From the NCBI GenBank assembly GCA_035221665.1, contig CM069155.1, positions 30,566,001 through 30,630,000 of the forward strand: DNA of 64,000 bases. The letters run 5' to 3'. Below the pieces are notes generated by a model. It was not told the DNA's origin and made no database searches. It was given only the letters and a program-made list of their open reading frames with translations. Shown in pieces: positions 1 through 11,905 of the stretch (positions are counted from its first letter, which is position 1; the number at the start of each line of letters is the position of its first letter). Origin of the DNA: Okamejei kenojei (lineage: Eukaryota). The position numbers were made by a program, and so were the translations under genes.

Positions 1-711
1 CAACTTTGGACACCCCAAAGGGAATGTGATCCACGTTGGCGCATGTTCATTCCTTTGATTGGTATATGTCTTTGGTATATGCATTGGTGTATGTTTTGAT
101 ACCAAATATATACACAAATTCATAGGGGTCAGAAGGTATGGGGGGAGAGCAGAATGGAGAGAGAGAGAATTTCGTGGATTTAGGGGAGAGATATAGATCA
201 GCCACGGTTGAATGGTCGAGTATACTTGATGGGCCGAATAGACAATAGCCAAAAGGTGCAGGAGTAGGCCATTCGGCCCTTCGAGCGAGCACCACCATTC
301 AATGTGATCATGGCTGATAATCCCCAATCAGTACCCAGTTATTGCCTTCTCCCCACATCCCCTAATCCCGCTATGTTTAAGAGCCCTATCTAGCTCACTC
401 GTGAAAGCATCCAGAGAACCTGTCTCCATAAATAAATGTCAGTACTTCCACATTAACGGGAGGTCCCATATAAGGACATCCGGATGACTTCTTGATATTT
501 TCTTGCTGTGATTCCAGATTTGACAACGACATGGATGGGAGTGTTCGCAGGTCCGAGAACAATCCAATCCATCCCGTTCTCCTGCTTATTTCCTCGTAAC
601 CTATTCGTTCACAATGCCAATCAAAGCTCCTACATTAACTGACATTTACAGTGGCCAATTAGCCCAACAAACTGCACGACCCTGGGGTTTGATGAGAAAT
701 TGCAGCTCACT

Positions 712-820
712 GGGGGTCGGGGGGGGGTGGGGGGTGGGGGGAGGGGTGGGGGGGGGGGGGGGGGTTGGGGGGGGGGGGGGGGGGGGGGGGGGGTTGGGAG
801 TAGGGAGGGGGGGGGGGTTG
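712..820 (+). repeat. Poly-G tract inside a decayed SINE (similar poly-C at 11871-11928, poly-G at 41920-41957)
   Basis: Direct reading; homopolymer length unreliable. Confidence 0.9.
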
Positions 821-1916
821 GGAGATGGGCGGGGCGTCACTGGGAGACGGATAAAATACCGCAAAGATTGCATCGCAGCTCAGGGTTCAACCCAGCTCGC
901 TGGAGATCCGAGCCAAATGGTCTACCTGCAGCGCCACCGCAGTCCACACCAGGGTATTCCCATCGGTGGAGTGAGGGCTGACTGAGATTACTTTAGGTTA
1001 CTATTTAATCTCCTGCAGGACCTATGGGCTCATTCATTTGAAAGAAGGTTCTGGGGCCCAAACTGAAGACTAACAACATTTTTATTTATTAAAATTATCT
1101 GATGTTTCATCTTTTATATTTCATATTTTATATTTTATTCATATTTTAATTGTGTTTATTTGCTTTCTTTTGAATGAAATTCACTTAAATCTATTTCTGT
1201 ACCTTTAATGGCTTCTGAATGTCATAAAGGTTTAGAGACATTGAAAGAACCCCAATAGCTTGACAAACATCAGAACTAGGAGACGACTTTCCCATTTTGT
1301 TAAGAGCTTTCAGGCGCTTTCGTGGACCATCACATCGCTCGCATCATATTATTCAAGGATCAGCTTCTATCAAGCTCGTTCCGGGGACAGTTTTGGCCGT
1401 TCATAATGCCCTTCCAAGTCCATTAAGCCGACGTTCCGTGAATGTTGAATGCGGGTGGCATACAAGGGACCCGACTCGGGAATCCTGGGACCACAGACGA
1501 TTTCTTAATTCTCCACGGTCAAATACGCATACTATTATTTTGCTCACTCACTGAATCCGTTTGTTCCTTGTTTTTACTCAGTTTATTCCCCATCGTACCG
1601 TTTTACGATCTGCGCCTCTCCTGACTGGAAGGGAACTCCGCTTAACCAGCTAATGAGCAAACCCTGGATTATTGCATCCCGCCCCCTGCTTCCGATCTAA
1701 CTGTGCGCCCATAGGTCATTCAATTTGATTGAGCGGCACCATCTCACCCATTGTGGAATCGTTTTTTTCCGTCATAGTGACTATTATCGTCATAGTGACA
1801 TAGTGACATATCTTATCGCCATAGTGACATCTCAATGCTGAATCCTGTTATTAATCTCCTTTCCAGTGCAAATTGTCTCATTTATCCCTTCCTTTCGAAT
1901 GTACGCTATCCCAGTT

Positions 1917-2116
1917 AGATAAAATGTGCGGGGAGGAACTGCAGATGCTTGTTTAAACCGAAGATAGACACAAAAAGCTGGAGTAACTCAGCGAGACAGG
2001 CAGCATATTTGGAGAGAAGGAATGATTGACGTTTCGGGTCGAGACCCTTCTTGGTCACCCATTCGTTCTCTCCAGAGATGCTGCCTCACCCACTGAGTTA
2101 CTACAGCTATTCGTGC
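1917..2116. mobile_element. Short fold-back element of the same family
   Basis: Inverted arms around GACGTTTCGGGTCGAGACCCTTCTT (2028-2052); CTATCCCAGTT duplicated at 1906-1916 and 2117-2127. Confidence 0.7.
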
Positions 2117-2549
2117 CTATCCCAGTTTGAAACATGGCTGTGTATTTCCTTAATTGATTAAAAGTGATAAATTTCAAACAGATCTACGCAACTCTCCTTC
2201 TCCTACTCCTTGTCCAACTGGTTCCATGTGCCCACCAACCCTCACTTTCCCTCCTTGGCCACCTTTCTCATTTTTGGTTCTCTGCCCCTGTTAGTCTCTA
2301 TCTATCACCAATCCACTATCTGCTTTTCTCGACTCTATCGCTCCCCCCCCCCCCCCCATGTGTTCCATGTCTCACCACCTTTCCCACTATCAGTTTCAGT
2401 AAATGCAGTCTCCCGTGTCTCTATATATCATTTGCCACCTTCCCCCGGCCTATTTTCTCATTTTTGCTTCTCTCCCCATATCAGTCTATATCATCCACTC
2501 ACCAGCAGCTTTCTTCCGGCTCTATCATTCCCCCTCTTTAACATGGCAC

Positions 2550-3090
2550 TGTGAGAAATAGAGTGATTAAATCCCCACTGTTGTGAAGGTCCGGGCAATG
2601 ATTCTAACATCGTTGTCTCTAAAGTAACCAGCATCGTTCTTGAGCACCACTGATAGCATTGTATAGTGGCAGGCAGAGATAGGGGATGCGGCCATAATCA
2701 CCAGATACTAGCTTTTCAATTAAAATACAAGAAACTAGGCCAGGTCAATTGCAACTCAGCATGCTTAATGAAATAAATGAATATTACTTACACGCCCCTG
2801 GTTGAGAAACTTCTCATTACCATGCACATGTAAGAACATGGGATGTATGATGTGGGAGGTACTCGGGGACGTACCTATAGACTGTGCACCTCAGTGCTCT
2901 GATTGGGAAGAGCCAGAGGGGATGTTAAGCCAGCAGAATTGTGTGTATAAAGGGGCTGTACTTTCCTGACTTTGGTGTGCCTCTAGGGGACAGCAAAGGA
3001 GAGGCACCTATTCTGCAGAATATTATCTTAATAAAAGCTTCTTTGCTGACTTTGTCTCAAACAGCGTTTGTGATTTTTTAATATCTCACA
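2550..3090 (+). repeat. ERV 5' LTR
   Basis: Direct repeat of 8709-9265 (roughly 5% different by manual count). TG...CA ends, TATAAA at 2946, AATAAA at 3030. Confidence 0.95.
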
Positions 3091-3093
3091 ATT

Positions 3094-3113
3094 TGGAGGC
3101 TCGGTTCTGGTAT
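3094..3113 (+). promoter_or_regulatory. Primer-binding site, degenerate tRNA-Pro-like
   Basis: TGGAGGCTCGGTTCTGGTAT starts 3 nt after the LTR and resembles the tRNA-Pro PBS TGGGGGCTCGTCCGGGAT. Confidence 0.6.
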
Positions 3114-3399
3114 TTAATTACTCCAGGCCAGCTGACTGGAGCACACGGACAAAGAGAAGGTGCACCCCGCTGAGTTCAGCGATCTCAGACTCCTTGCTTA
3201 CCGTCAGAAGGTTTGAGCAGTGATGCCCGGACCAAACAGAGACTCCGCAAAGAAGTGAAGTTGGTTGGAGTTGGTTGAAAATCGTGAAAATCGAGTAATT
3301 CTGTGCACAGACCCCGGTAAGAAACTTTGACTATTACAGTATTACCTGGGCGATTTGATAAAAGATCGGAGAGGAATTCCGATCAAGAGAATGCGAAAT

Positions 3400-4640
3400 G
3401 TAAGTGAAAAACCCAGAAGGGAGGGAAAAGGCCTAAAGCCAAATCCCCGCATTCTGCCTAATAGTCCGTTGGGGCGAATGCTGAACCACTGGGGGGCAGG
3501 AAATACCCAGGGGTTGGAAAAGACAACAATGATAAGGTATTGTTACTTTGAATGGTCAAAACACCCGATAAAAGGAGCTTCGGTCTGGTGGCCAGAGGAT
3601 GGGTCAGATGAGGAATGGGTACAACAGGCATTGAATGAATATGTGAAAAATAAACCCAATCCAATAATAGAAGAGATCAAGTATGCCGCAGTATGGGAAA
3701 CGGGATGCAATCTATTGAAATTAAAAGAGGAGTCTGGAGAGTTAAATTCCTTATCACCCTCATGGAATTTACTGGAGAACCTAGCTCCTCCCTATGTACA
3801 TCCATCACCCGACGTAGCGCCGCCAATTCGACCCAACCTCCACTCGTGGCGACGGGAGTGGAAGAAGTGACACCTGGGTCCGCTTTGATGGTAAAAAGAA
3901 AGGTCAGGGTAAAACAAGAATTTAATGATGATGTAACTGACGGTGATGACACCGACAGTGACCTACCGGACCCCAGGAGTGAGAAAGAAAAGGGAATAAA
4001 GAGACAGGAGGCGGTCGCGGTAGATGAATGAAACCCCCATCACCAGGAGAAGGAGTCAGGAGGTCAGCAGAGTAAGAAGAAGATCCGTAAAAATTAGACC
4101 TCTAAGAGAGGTACCCATGGGAGGACCCCGAGGGGGAATGGGGTTTGTTAATGTCTCCTTAACTAGTACTCAAGTGAGGAATTTCAAAAAAAAGAAATGA
4201 GAAGCCCCCTAGGGGATCCTTAAGGTCTGGCAGAAACAGTTAGATCAGTTCCTCGGCGCCAACACATATCTTTACAACATGGGAGGAGTTAATGGCCATT
4301 ATGGGATCTCTTTCACATCCGAGGAGAGGCGAATGATTAGGACAGCACCCAATGAAAAAGTGGGAACAGGAGACCCACCAGGGGAGCAAAATGCTGCTGG
4401 CAGCAGATAAATTCCCAAATACAATGAGCCAGATTGGGACAAAGGGAACAGCAGCAGGACGACGGGAATATAAAGGACCTGCGGGATAGAATTTATTTAA
4501 AGGAATAGAGAGGCAGTACCCAAAGGACAGAATTTCGAACGAGCATTTGAGAATGGACAGCAGAAAGATGAGGCCCCGACAGTGTTCCTTCAAAGACTCA
4601 GGAAGAACATGCAACAGTGTTCCGGAATAGATTCGGCCAA
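3400..4640 (+). pseudogene. gag: ERV gag remnant (MA-p12-CA), HERV-I/ERV3-like
   Basis: Matrix ILPNSPLGRMLNHW...MIRYCYFEW...WWPEDGS; APPY late-domain-like motif; capsid PLREVPMGG...GFVNVSLTSTQVRNFKK; MHR QQKDEAPTVFLQRLRKNMQQ. Multiple frameshifts. Confidence 0.88.
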
Positions 4641-4867
4641 AGTTTGGAGCAGGTACTGGAGGATTTCCCAGGTCACGGGGAAACACACTTGGGGAGAAGG
4701 AAGCCCCGGGGGTAAAGAAGGAACCTCAAAGAAATTTCAGGAAATAGAAGAAGCTCATCTTAAGCACATGAAAGAAATATTGAGTTGTTTCACAACATCT
4801 ACAGAAGAAACTCATATACAGATTGGTCAGGTACATGAGGAGTTGCAATAAGAATTATCTAAATGTT

Positions 4868-5097
4868 AATGTGGAATTCTCTGCCACAGAAGGTAGTTGA
4901 GGCCAGTTCATTGGCTATATTTAAGAGGGAGTTAGATGTGGCCCTTGTGGCCCTTGTGGCTAAAGGGATCAGGGGGTATGGAGAGAAGGCAGGTACGGGA
5001 TACTGAGATGGACGATCAGCCATGATCATATTGAATGGTGGTTCAGGCTCGAAGGGTCGAATGGCCTACTCCTGTACCTATTTTCTATGATTCTATG
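4868..5097 (+). mobile_element. CR1-type LINE 3' fragment inserted in the ERV
   Basis: WNSLPQKVVEASSLAIFKRELDVAL ORF2 tail and TTCTATG-type 3' repeat. Confidence 0.85.
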
Positions 5098-5499
5098 AAA
5101 CTTTAATCTGTGTAGGAAATTGCATAATTTCATTGAAGTAAGAATGGAATGAATGTGATTTGTGTGTAAAAACCGGTTTTGAATGAATGAGGAAGTTCAT
5201 GTATGTGATAAGTTTGTTTGTTGTAGGCCACATGCTGTAAGGGTAGGTGTGTGTGTTCCTTTAAGAAATTGTAAGCAATGGGGGAGGTTACGAACAGCTG
5301 TAAGGTAACGAACAACGCTTTGTATCATCACAACTTAAAAGGGGAAAGTTGGAAAATCTAGGTTGCTTGGTTTTGCTGATGTTTCTATAGATTTATTTTC
5401 AGTAAAGTTAATTTGGAAAATTGTTACTAGTACTAAATAGTGGTGAGAATGGATTGAAATAATTGGAAATAAGTTAATTGCTGAAACATGACCAGCTTT

Positions 5500-6890
5500 T
5501 GTGGTTTGTTTAGATAACCATTCTGGTTGGAGAAGGGTAATGATTGTTTGCTGAGATTTTCAGAAAACAGTTGTGAGGAAGTGGCCCAAGGAAGGCACTT
5601 TCAAGATAACTGTGTGACCAAGATGGAAGTGTTAAATTACGAATTATATGTCACCAGATAAGGTGGAAAGGTGGGAAAAGGTGAGAGGAAAGGAATTAGA
5701 TGTACTTAAGCAGTTTAGAGAGGAAAGGAGAGTAGAGGCAGTGAGGAGGTAACAGAAGTAGGAAAACGACAGGTGTGAAAGTAATAAATCAGGAGTCAGT
5801 TGGAAGAATTTTAAAAGAAAGGTGAATTACATTTGCAAAGGAGGATAAACTATCTGAGAAGTACGAAATTGAGTTTAGAATGAGAAATAAGGCATATCAG
5901 AAAGGATTAAAGTGGGAAGCAGAGGGATAAATTGATGAGACTACTTTAAAGAGATAAGAGCAGGCCAGACACAGATTATCCTTTGGGGCACCCATACACT
6001 GAGAGGGCTAAAAAAATACCTTACCCAATATTCCTGATGGGGCAGGAAATGGATTATGGCTTTGGAGGAGGAGAACGTGGGACGATTATTGGCTATGGGA
6101 GATTTGAAGGCACTGTTGGTGAAAGTGATAGGAACCACTAAACTGACAGAACTCCTGAAGATGGCTGGTATAAAATGTGAACAATGCAATAAACAATGGC
6201 ACGCTGTTTGACACAGTCAGACAGAGGGTATGGCAGGCCCTCAGACAATAATCCAGCAGCCTATCTAGAGAACAAGCTGAAAAGGTGGAGACTGGAAACT
6301 GAACAAGAAATAGAAGGCAACCAGTTAATGAACACTATATTCTGAACCACTGTGGTGGATGTCATTCCTCCTAGTCAAGTCTAGACTGGAGGAGGTGGTG
6401 GGATTGTCATCTATTTGCCACCCCTGATTCAGTGATCATTTGGTCAATGAGGTTGAGAAATATCGCAAAGATAGAAAAAAGACTTGCAGACCATCAGGAA
6501 GAGGTGCAGAGGAAGATGATGCAAATGTAACTTCAAGAGCTCAAAAAGAAAGAGCGTGAAAAGGAATGACATGTTGTCAGTAACAACAGACCTGGTTAAA
6601 AAGTCTGAAATAAGTGATGCACCGACACACAGTGAGTCCTATGACAGAGCCAAACAGGGGCCAGAGAATACCATGCCAATAATAAATGTATTTGGGAGAG
6701 TATTTCCACAAATGCCCTATCAGGAGTGAAATAAATCTGGATATAAGCCCAGGCAGGACTGTGGTCCCCAAGGGAGGGAGGGATCTCAAGAAGGAGGTCA
6801 AGAAAGGCTAGTAAGGAGACAGGTAATGGATAAGATGTGTTGGGGATGTGAACAGGTATGGTAATCAGGAAATAATAATACTAATTAAGA
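5500..6890 (+). pseudogene. gag: Second, unrelated retroviral gag remnant inside the provirus
   Basis: MA-like KWPKEGTF (~5580); GRKWIMALEEENVGRLLAMGDLKALLVKVIG (~6040-6130); zinc-knuckle remnant CWGC (~6838). Many stops. Confidence 0.6.
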
Positions 6891-6949
6891 TAGTGGTGAA
6901 CACAGCTATGGTAAGAACATTAAGAAGAAGTATTAAAGACACCTAGGCT

Positions 6950-7667
6950 GGGATGCAGCAGGGTTTTAAATACTAGCCCCATGTTTATAATCAGATGTTA
7001 AAGGCAGATTTGGAAGGTGTTGATATAGTATGTGGATGATTTGTTGGTTTGTTCCACAAGTGAGAAGCAATGTGAGAGAGACGTTGTAATTATCTTGGAA
7101 ACGATGGCATAGGAGGTCATAAAGTATCAAGGAAAAAGTTGTTGTTTTGTCAGCAGCAGGTAGAATATTTTGGACGAGTAATATCTAAAGAAGTAAAAGC
7201 TATAACGCAGGATCAAATTGGAGCGATAATTGAAGTTCCCAAACCTCAGACAGTAGGACAGATGATGATGATCTTAGGAATGGCAGGATATAGTTCAGAC
7301 TAAATTGGGAAGTATGGTGAAATTGTGATGCCATTAAGGAAAATAATGAAGGAAGAAGGACACACAAGTCTGATAAATGTTTTACAATCAGAGCCTTTTG
7401 AATGAAGGGGACAAAAACGTTTTGCTTGTGGATGTTTTTTGTTAAAGGGATCATAATAGCAAGTATGTAGGGTTTGAAGTGATGCATCGGGATGAATTAG
7501 ACTTTAAGGTAATCAAATTGGAAGCTTGCCTGCAATCTTGCTTAGCTCAGTTGGCAGAAATTAAGGCTTTAAGAGCAGCATATGTACATGGAGTCTGGCA
7601 CATGTTTGGAGCAGTAGGGAAACAGAAAGGCTTTGAGAAAAGCAACGGATACCCCATGCAAAGTTAG
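6950..7667 (+). pseudogene. pol: Retroviral pol remnant (RT and RNase H), deleted and degraded
   Basis: QGF..SP..YNQML (~6958), YVDDLLV (~7029), GHKVSRKKLLFCQQQVEYFG, PKPQTVGQMMMILGMAGYS, AQLAEIKAL, AYVHGVWHMFGAV. Confidence 0.82.
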
Positions 7668-7669
7668 CA

Positions 7670-7945
7670 GTATCGCCCTATGAAATGTTGTTTGGGTTAC
7701 TTTGTTTGGGAAAGCTAGAAGGAATACCCACCGTAGAGGGCAGTGATGTATTCTTAAGGAACTATTTACTGGCAGTATCTCGTTCTCTTACAGAATTAAA
7801 CGCTAAAGGATTATTGGCTCAAAGTCCACCACTCGACTTTCCAATACATGCTGTAAAGGCCGGCGACTGGGTACTGGTCAAGATAAAAGGAGGAGGAGAA
7901 ACTCCAGCCCCGGTGGACCGGCCCATACCTAGTATTACTGACAAC
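7670..7945 (+). pseudogene. pol: ERV integrase C-terminal remnant
   Basis: SPYEMLFG...KGLLAQSPPLDFPIHAVKAGDWVLVK, then after a frameshift [16 protein letters not shown] (GPY motif). Confidence 0.85.
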
Positions 7946-8625
7946 CGGGATTTTTCCTGCTAAACACCGAAGAGGGGCGGTCTCTAGGAACATCCATATT
8001 TGATGACCTATATCGGAAGAAGAGGAAAATGGACATCGGAGAATGGGAAGATGATGAATGGCCACCCACAAGAATCTTCACATACTATGAACCAGCCACT
8101 TGGGCACAGGACGGATCCTGGGGCTACCGAACCCCGGTATCCATGTTAAACCAGATTATAAGACTCCAGGCAGTACTGGAAGTAATTACCAACCAAACTG
8201 CGGTGGCACTAGAGATGATGGCGAAGCAGCATGAGAGATGAGAGCAGATGAGAGCAGCAATATGCCAGAACCGGTTGGCCCTAGATTACCTCCTGGCCGA
8301 AGAAGGAGGGGTATGCAGACAATTCAACTTCTCTAATTGCTGCCTAAATATCGATGACAACGGACAGGCAGTAATGGACATATCAGAAGGAATCCGGAAA
8401 TTGGCACATGTTCCAATACAAAAGTGGAATTCGATTATGGGTACCCGATGGTGGGATTCCATCCTCGGAGGAACATGGTGGAGAATGGCGGGACTCGTGT
8501 TTCTATGTGCATTGGCTGGGCTGATCTTTCTCCCCTGTTGTATCTATGGGAGAAAAAGGGGTAATAGAGAAAATAATGATAATGTTACCAGGGAAGGTCC
8601 AGGATCCACAGGAAGAGGAGATTAG
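7946..8625 (+). pseudogene. env: ERV env remnant (end of SU plus TM), ERV3/HERV-I-like
   Basis: PGFFLL...; furin site RKKR at 8014-8025; DEWPP...[36 protein letters not shown]; ISD QNRLALDYLLAEEGGVC; C-x7-CC; hydrophobic TM. Frameshifts near 8240 and 8545. Confidence 0.92.
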
Positions 8626-8708
8626 GAGAATGTTACTTCAATTGGAACCAAGAGAGCTTGAAATTGGGGTTTAATCAACAAATGCGTAGCAAACGGAAAA
8701 GGGAGGAT

Positions 8709-9265
8709 TGTGAGAAATAGAGTGATTAAACCCCCACTGTTGTGGTGTTCCGGGCAATGATTCTAACATCGTTGTCTCTAAAGTAACCAGCATCGTCCTT
8801 GAGCACCTCTGATAGCATTGTATAGTGGCAGGCAGAGATGGGGAATGCGGCCATAATCACCAGATACTAGCTTTTCAATTAATATACAAGAAACTAGGCC
8901 AAGTCAATTGCAACTAAGCATGCTTAATGAAATAAATGAATATTACTCACACGCCCCTGGTTGAGAAACTGCTCATTACCATGCACATGTATGAACATGC
9001 GATGTATGATGTGGGAGGTACTGGGGGACGTACCTATAGACTGTGTACCTCAGTGCTCTGATTGGGAAGAGCCAGACGGGAGGTTAAGCCAGCAGAATTG
9101 TGTGTATAAAGGGGCTTTACTTTCCTGACTTTGGTGTGGCTCTAGGGGACAGCAAAGGAGAGGCACCTATTCTGCAGAATATTATCACCACAAAACAACT
9201 AATAATAAACACTTCTTTGACTGACTTGGTCTCAAAAGCGTTTGTGATTTTTAAAAAATCTCACA
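8709..9265 (+). repeat. ERV 3' LTR
   Basis: Direct repeat of the 5' LTR, preceded by the polypurine tract GGAAAAGGGAGGA (~8695-8707). Confidence 0.95.
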
Positions 9266-10458
9266 GCACCTTCTGCCCCTTCTAAACTAGTTCCAATTTT
9301 CACCAGCCAGCCCCTGTCTTACCCCCATTCTTAGCTCTTTATATTGACTACCTCCCCACAACAAACAATCCGGATGCACGTACTCGACCCCAAAAGCTGC
9401 CTGTCTCTTTGCCACCAAATCCTCCGACCACCCGAGTTCCTCCAGCATTTTGCTTCTGCTTTATTTACCTAGCCCTCTCTGATTGTTGTTCTACTGGCCC
9501 TCTGCAAACCAATGCCATCTTTACCATCTTACTTGATCGGTTTTAAATTTCCCGTGAGTTGTGTACTCCATAATCATTCTTAATGAAGTCTGCGGCACTG
9601 GAGTACCCAACTGGACTACGGCTGTGGCAAAATTGTCACCGTCGTGAAAATATAATCAGGTATAATATAATCAGAGAAGGTGACTCTGCACATAATTGGG
9701 TTGTTGCGAATTAACGCTTCCATAAACTTACAGCTGACGCGTTGCATTTGCACTTGCTTGCGTATAACTAACATTGAAGACCGTTAATAATGTAAAAAAT
9801 ATACAATGTTTAAAATCGCCCAAGAGAAAATCATGTGTAAAATCTGGTATAGTCACTGATATGCTTTTACATGTGAGACCAGATCGTTGACAAAAAATGG
9901 ACCACGGTTGACGGAAGTACGTAGCAAGGAACTACGGATGCTGGTTTACACGGAAGATGCTGGTGTTACTTAGCGGGGACAGGCAAAAACTCTGGGCAGT
10001 CTATCTATCCAGCGATGCTGCCTGACCCGCTGAGTTACTCCAGCATTTCGTGTTTATATTCAATGTAAACCGGTATCTGTAGTTCTTTTCATAGCCATTT
10101 ATTGTTCTTTCCCGCCGTAACCCACCTAGAATTACTTTAAAAAGACAAATTTGGATTAGTTTAATTCGGCGCCATGGCCTGGAAATACAATCATGGCGAA
10201 TAAACTCTTCGTGTACTGCATCGCTTCCGTCCTAACTGTTGTAAAGTTATTTAGCTGAACATAAAATTTCTGTTTAGCATATTTACTAATGTATTAATGC
10301 ATATTTAGGATATCATTATTTTGATACAAAATAGTCGAGCAATGCAGGGCGATAAACGAGACATTATTGCTCTCCCCTCCTTATTAAATTACATTGTGCA
10401 ATTCCTGTGACTGAAAAAAACTATAAAGGAAACAGACATGTAATCTCTAAGCGTGAAT

Positions 10459-10464
10459 TTTATT
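10459..10464 (-). terminator. Probable polyadenylation signal AATAAA, cluster 1
   Basis: First AATAAA downstream of the C exon on the minus strand. Confidence 0.5.
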
Positions 10465-10500
10465 TCCAAATGTATCAATTCAAGACATCATATATTTGAA

Positions 10501-10831
10501 TCAATCCAGCACAACCAGATTGGCGATGTTTCGTCTTCAGTGGGTTTGCCTGAGTCTCGTGTTTAAACCACACAGGAGTAAAGCTCGTGTGAGTTCCAGT
10601 CTGACGCTGGCAGAGTCAGGTAAACTGCTGGTACTGAACGTGTTGTCCTGATCCTGGCTGGGCTCGGCCTGTGTCGACGCCATCACTTCTCGTACTTGCC
10701 ATCCACCGTCCACCCAATGTCAACAAACGCAGGGTTGAACCCGTTCACGCAACACACCAGAGTGACGGTGCCCTTTCCCGCGATTTCTTCCTCTGAAGGT
10801 CCAAGGACGGACACCGCGGGAGGCTGGGGAT
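10501..10831 (-). pseudogene. IGLC: Ig light chain cluster 1 constant exon, frameshifted as assembled
   Basis: Acceptor TTTGCCAG, then (N)PQPPAVSVLGPSEEEIAGKGTVTLVC...WTVDG. Homology to the intact C exons continues (QDNTFSTSS-YLTLPASDWNSHELYSCVV-KHETQANPLK) only across several single-base insertions. First stop at 10683-10685; 3' end approximate. Confidence 0.85.
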
Positions 10832-11086
10832 CTGGCAAATAGAAAGAAGTACAGCATAGTGAATTATTAACGCTGGCCTTCCGAATCAAGTGTTTACTTT
10901 GCTTCCCCAGGTTCCAGAGATAGATCATTTGCCGTGTGAGGGAGAATTGAGTAGACGGGGATGCAATGTCTAGATTTCAGAGCAATGAATTATAATCGCA
11001 TCGAAACAGGCAAACTCCTTTCATGTATTGAAAGGTTGCCTGCAGCGAGAACATTTCCGAAGAGAACAGATTCAGAATATCTTTCA

Positions 11087-11320
11087 AAGGTAGACAAAAA
11101 TGCTGGAGAAACTCAGCGGGTGAAGCGGCACCTATGGAGCGAAGGAAATATGCGACTTTTCGGGTCGAGACCCTTCTTCAGATTGAAGAATGTCTGAAGA
11201 AGTGTCTCGATCCGAAACGGCACCTATTCCCTCGCTCCATATATGCTGCATCACCCGCTGAGTTTCTCCAATATTTTTGTCTACCTTCGATATTTCCAGC
11301 ATCTGCAGTTCTTTCTTAAA
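11087..11320. mobile_element. Short fold-back Penelope-associated element with two inverted hammerhead-like motifs
   Basis: ~100-bp inverted arms; CTGAAGA-stem-GAAA cores at 11154-11181 (-) and 11194-11224 (+); CAGAATA(T/C)CTTTCA duplicated at 11073-11086 and 11321-11334. Confidence 0.72.
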
Positions 11321-11868
11321 CAGAATACCTTTCAGGCCGTTTAGGATTAATATGAACTGAGTATCTTCGGAGCCAACTGGAAGTATTGGGTAGTCTACTC
11401 CTGACCCCATATATTATGTTTTTCTTTCCACTAATTTACAATTAATATAATTTTGCAAACACGTGAAAATGTCTGTGCAACAGAAGATCATACTACAGTT
11501 TGTCCAAAGGTCTGGAAACAAATGAAAGAATAAATCAACGATTTTAGGTAGATAATTTGGAAAGGGACACTCCCGTAATTCGATACGTTGTGTTCCATTC
11601 AATGTTCATTCTATTTACATCCTTAGGATTGAAAATATAATTCGGACAATCTTGATGTTTTCGAAGTAAAATGAGTGATTCAGGAAGGGTGGGGGAAGGT
11701 GGGGTCGGTCAGAGGAATCGACATTCATTAAAGCAGGACGCTTACAATGAAATTCTTTGGTCTCGTTTCACTCCATTCTTGAAATTGTAAGCAGCGAGAT
11801 TTGGAGTTTAGCCACAAAACTCAAAATATTTCAGTGCGTCCAATTCAGATAATTTCCGCTACAATTTA

Positions 11869-11905
<37 letters not shown>

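Larger units (their letters stand above)
2550..9265 (+). mobile_element. Endogenous retrovirus (class I, HERV-I/ERV3-like backbone), defective provirus
   Basis: Two LTRs bounded by TGTGAGA...TCTCACA, 4-bp TSD GCAC (2546-2549 and 9266-9269), PBS, PPT, and gag/pol/env remnants. Confidence 0.95.

Noticed and set aside
130-430. Hairpin or ncRNA candidate
   Set aside because: Explained by two CR1 3' ends lying tail-to-tail.
614-985. Gly-rich and Pro-rich ORFs
   Set aside because: Translations of a poly-G tract inside a decayed SINE; no coding signature.
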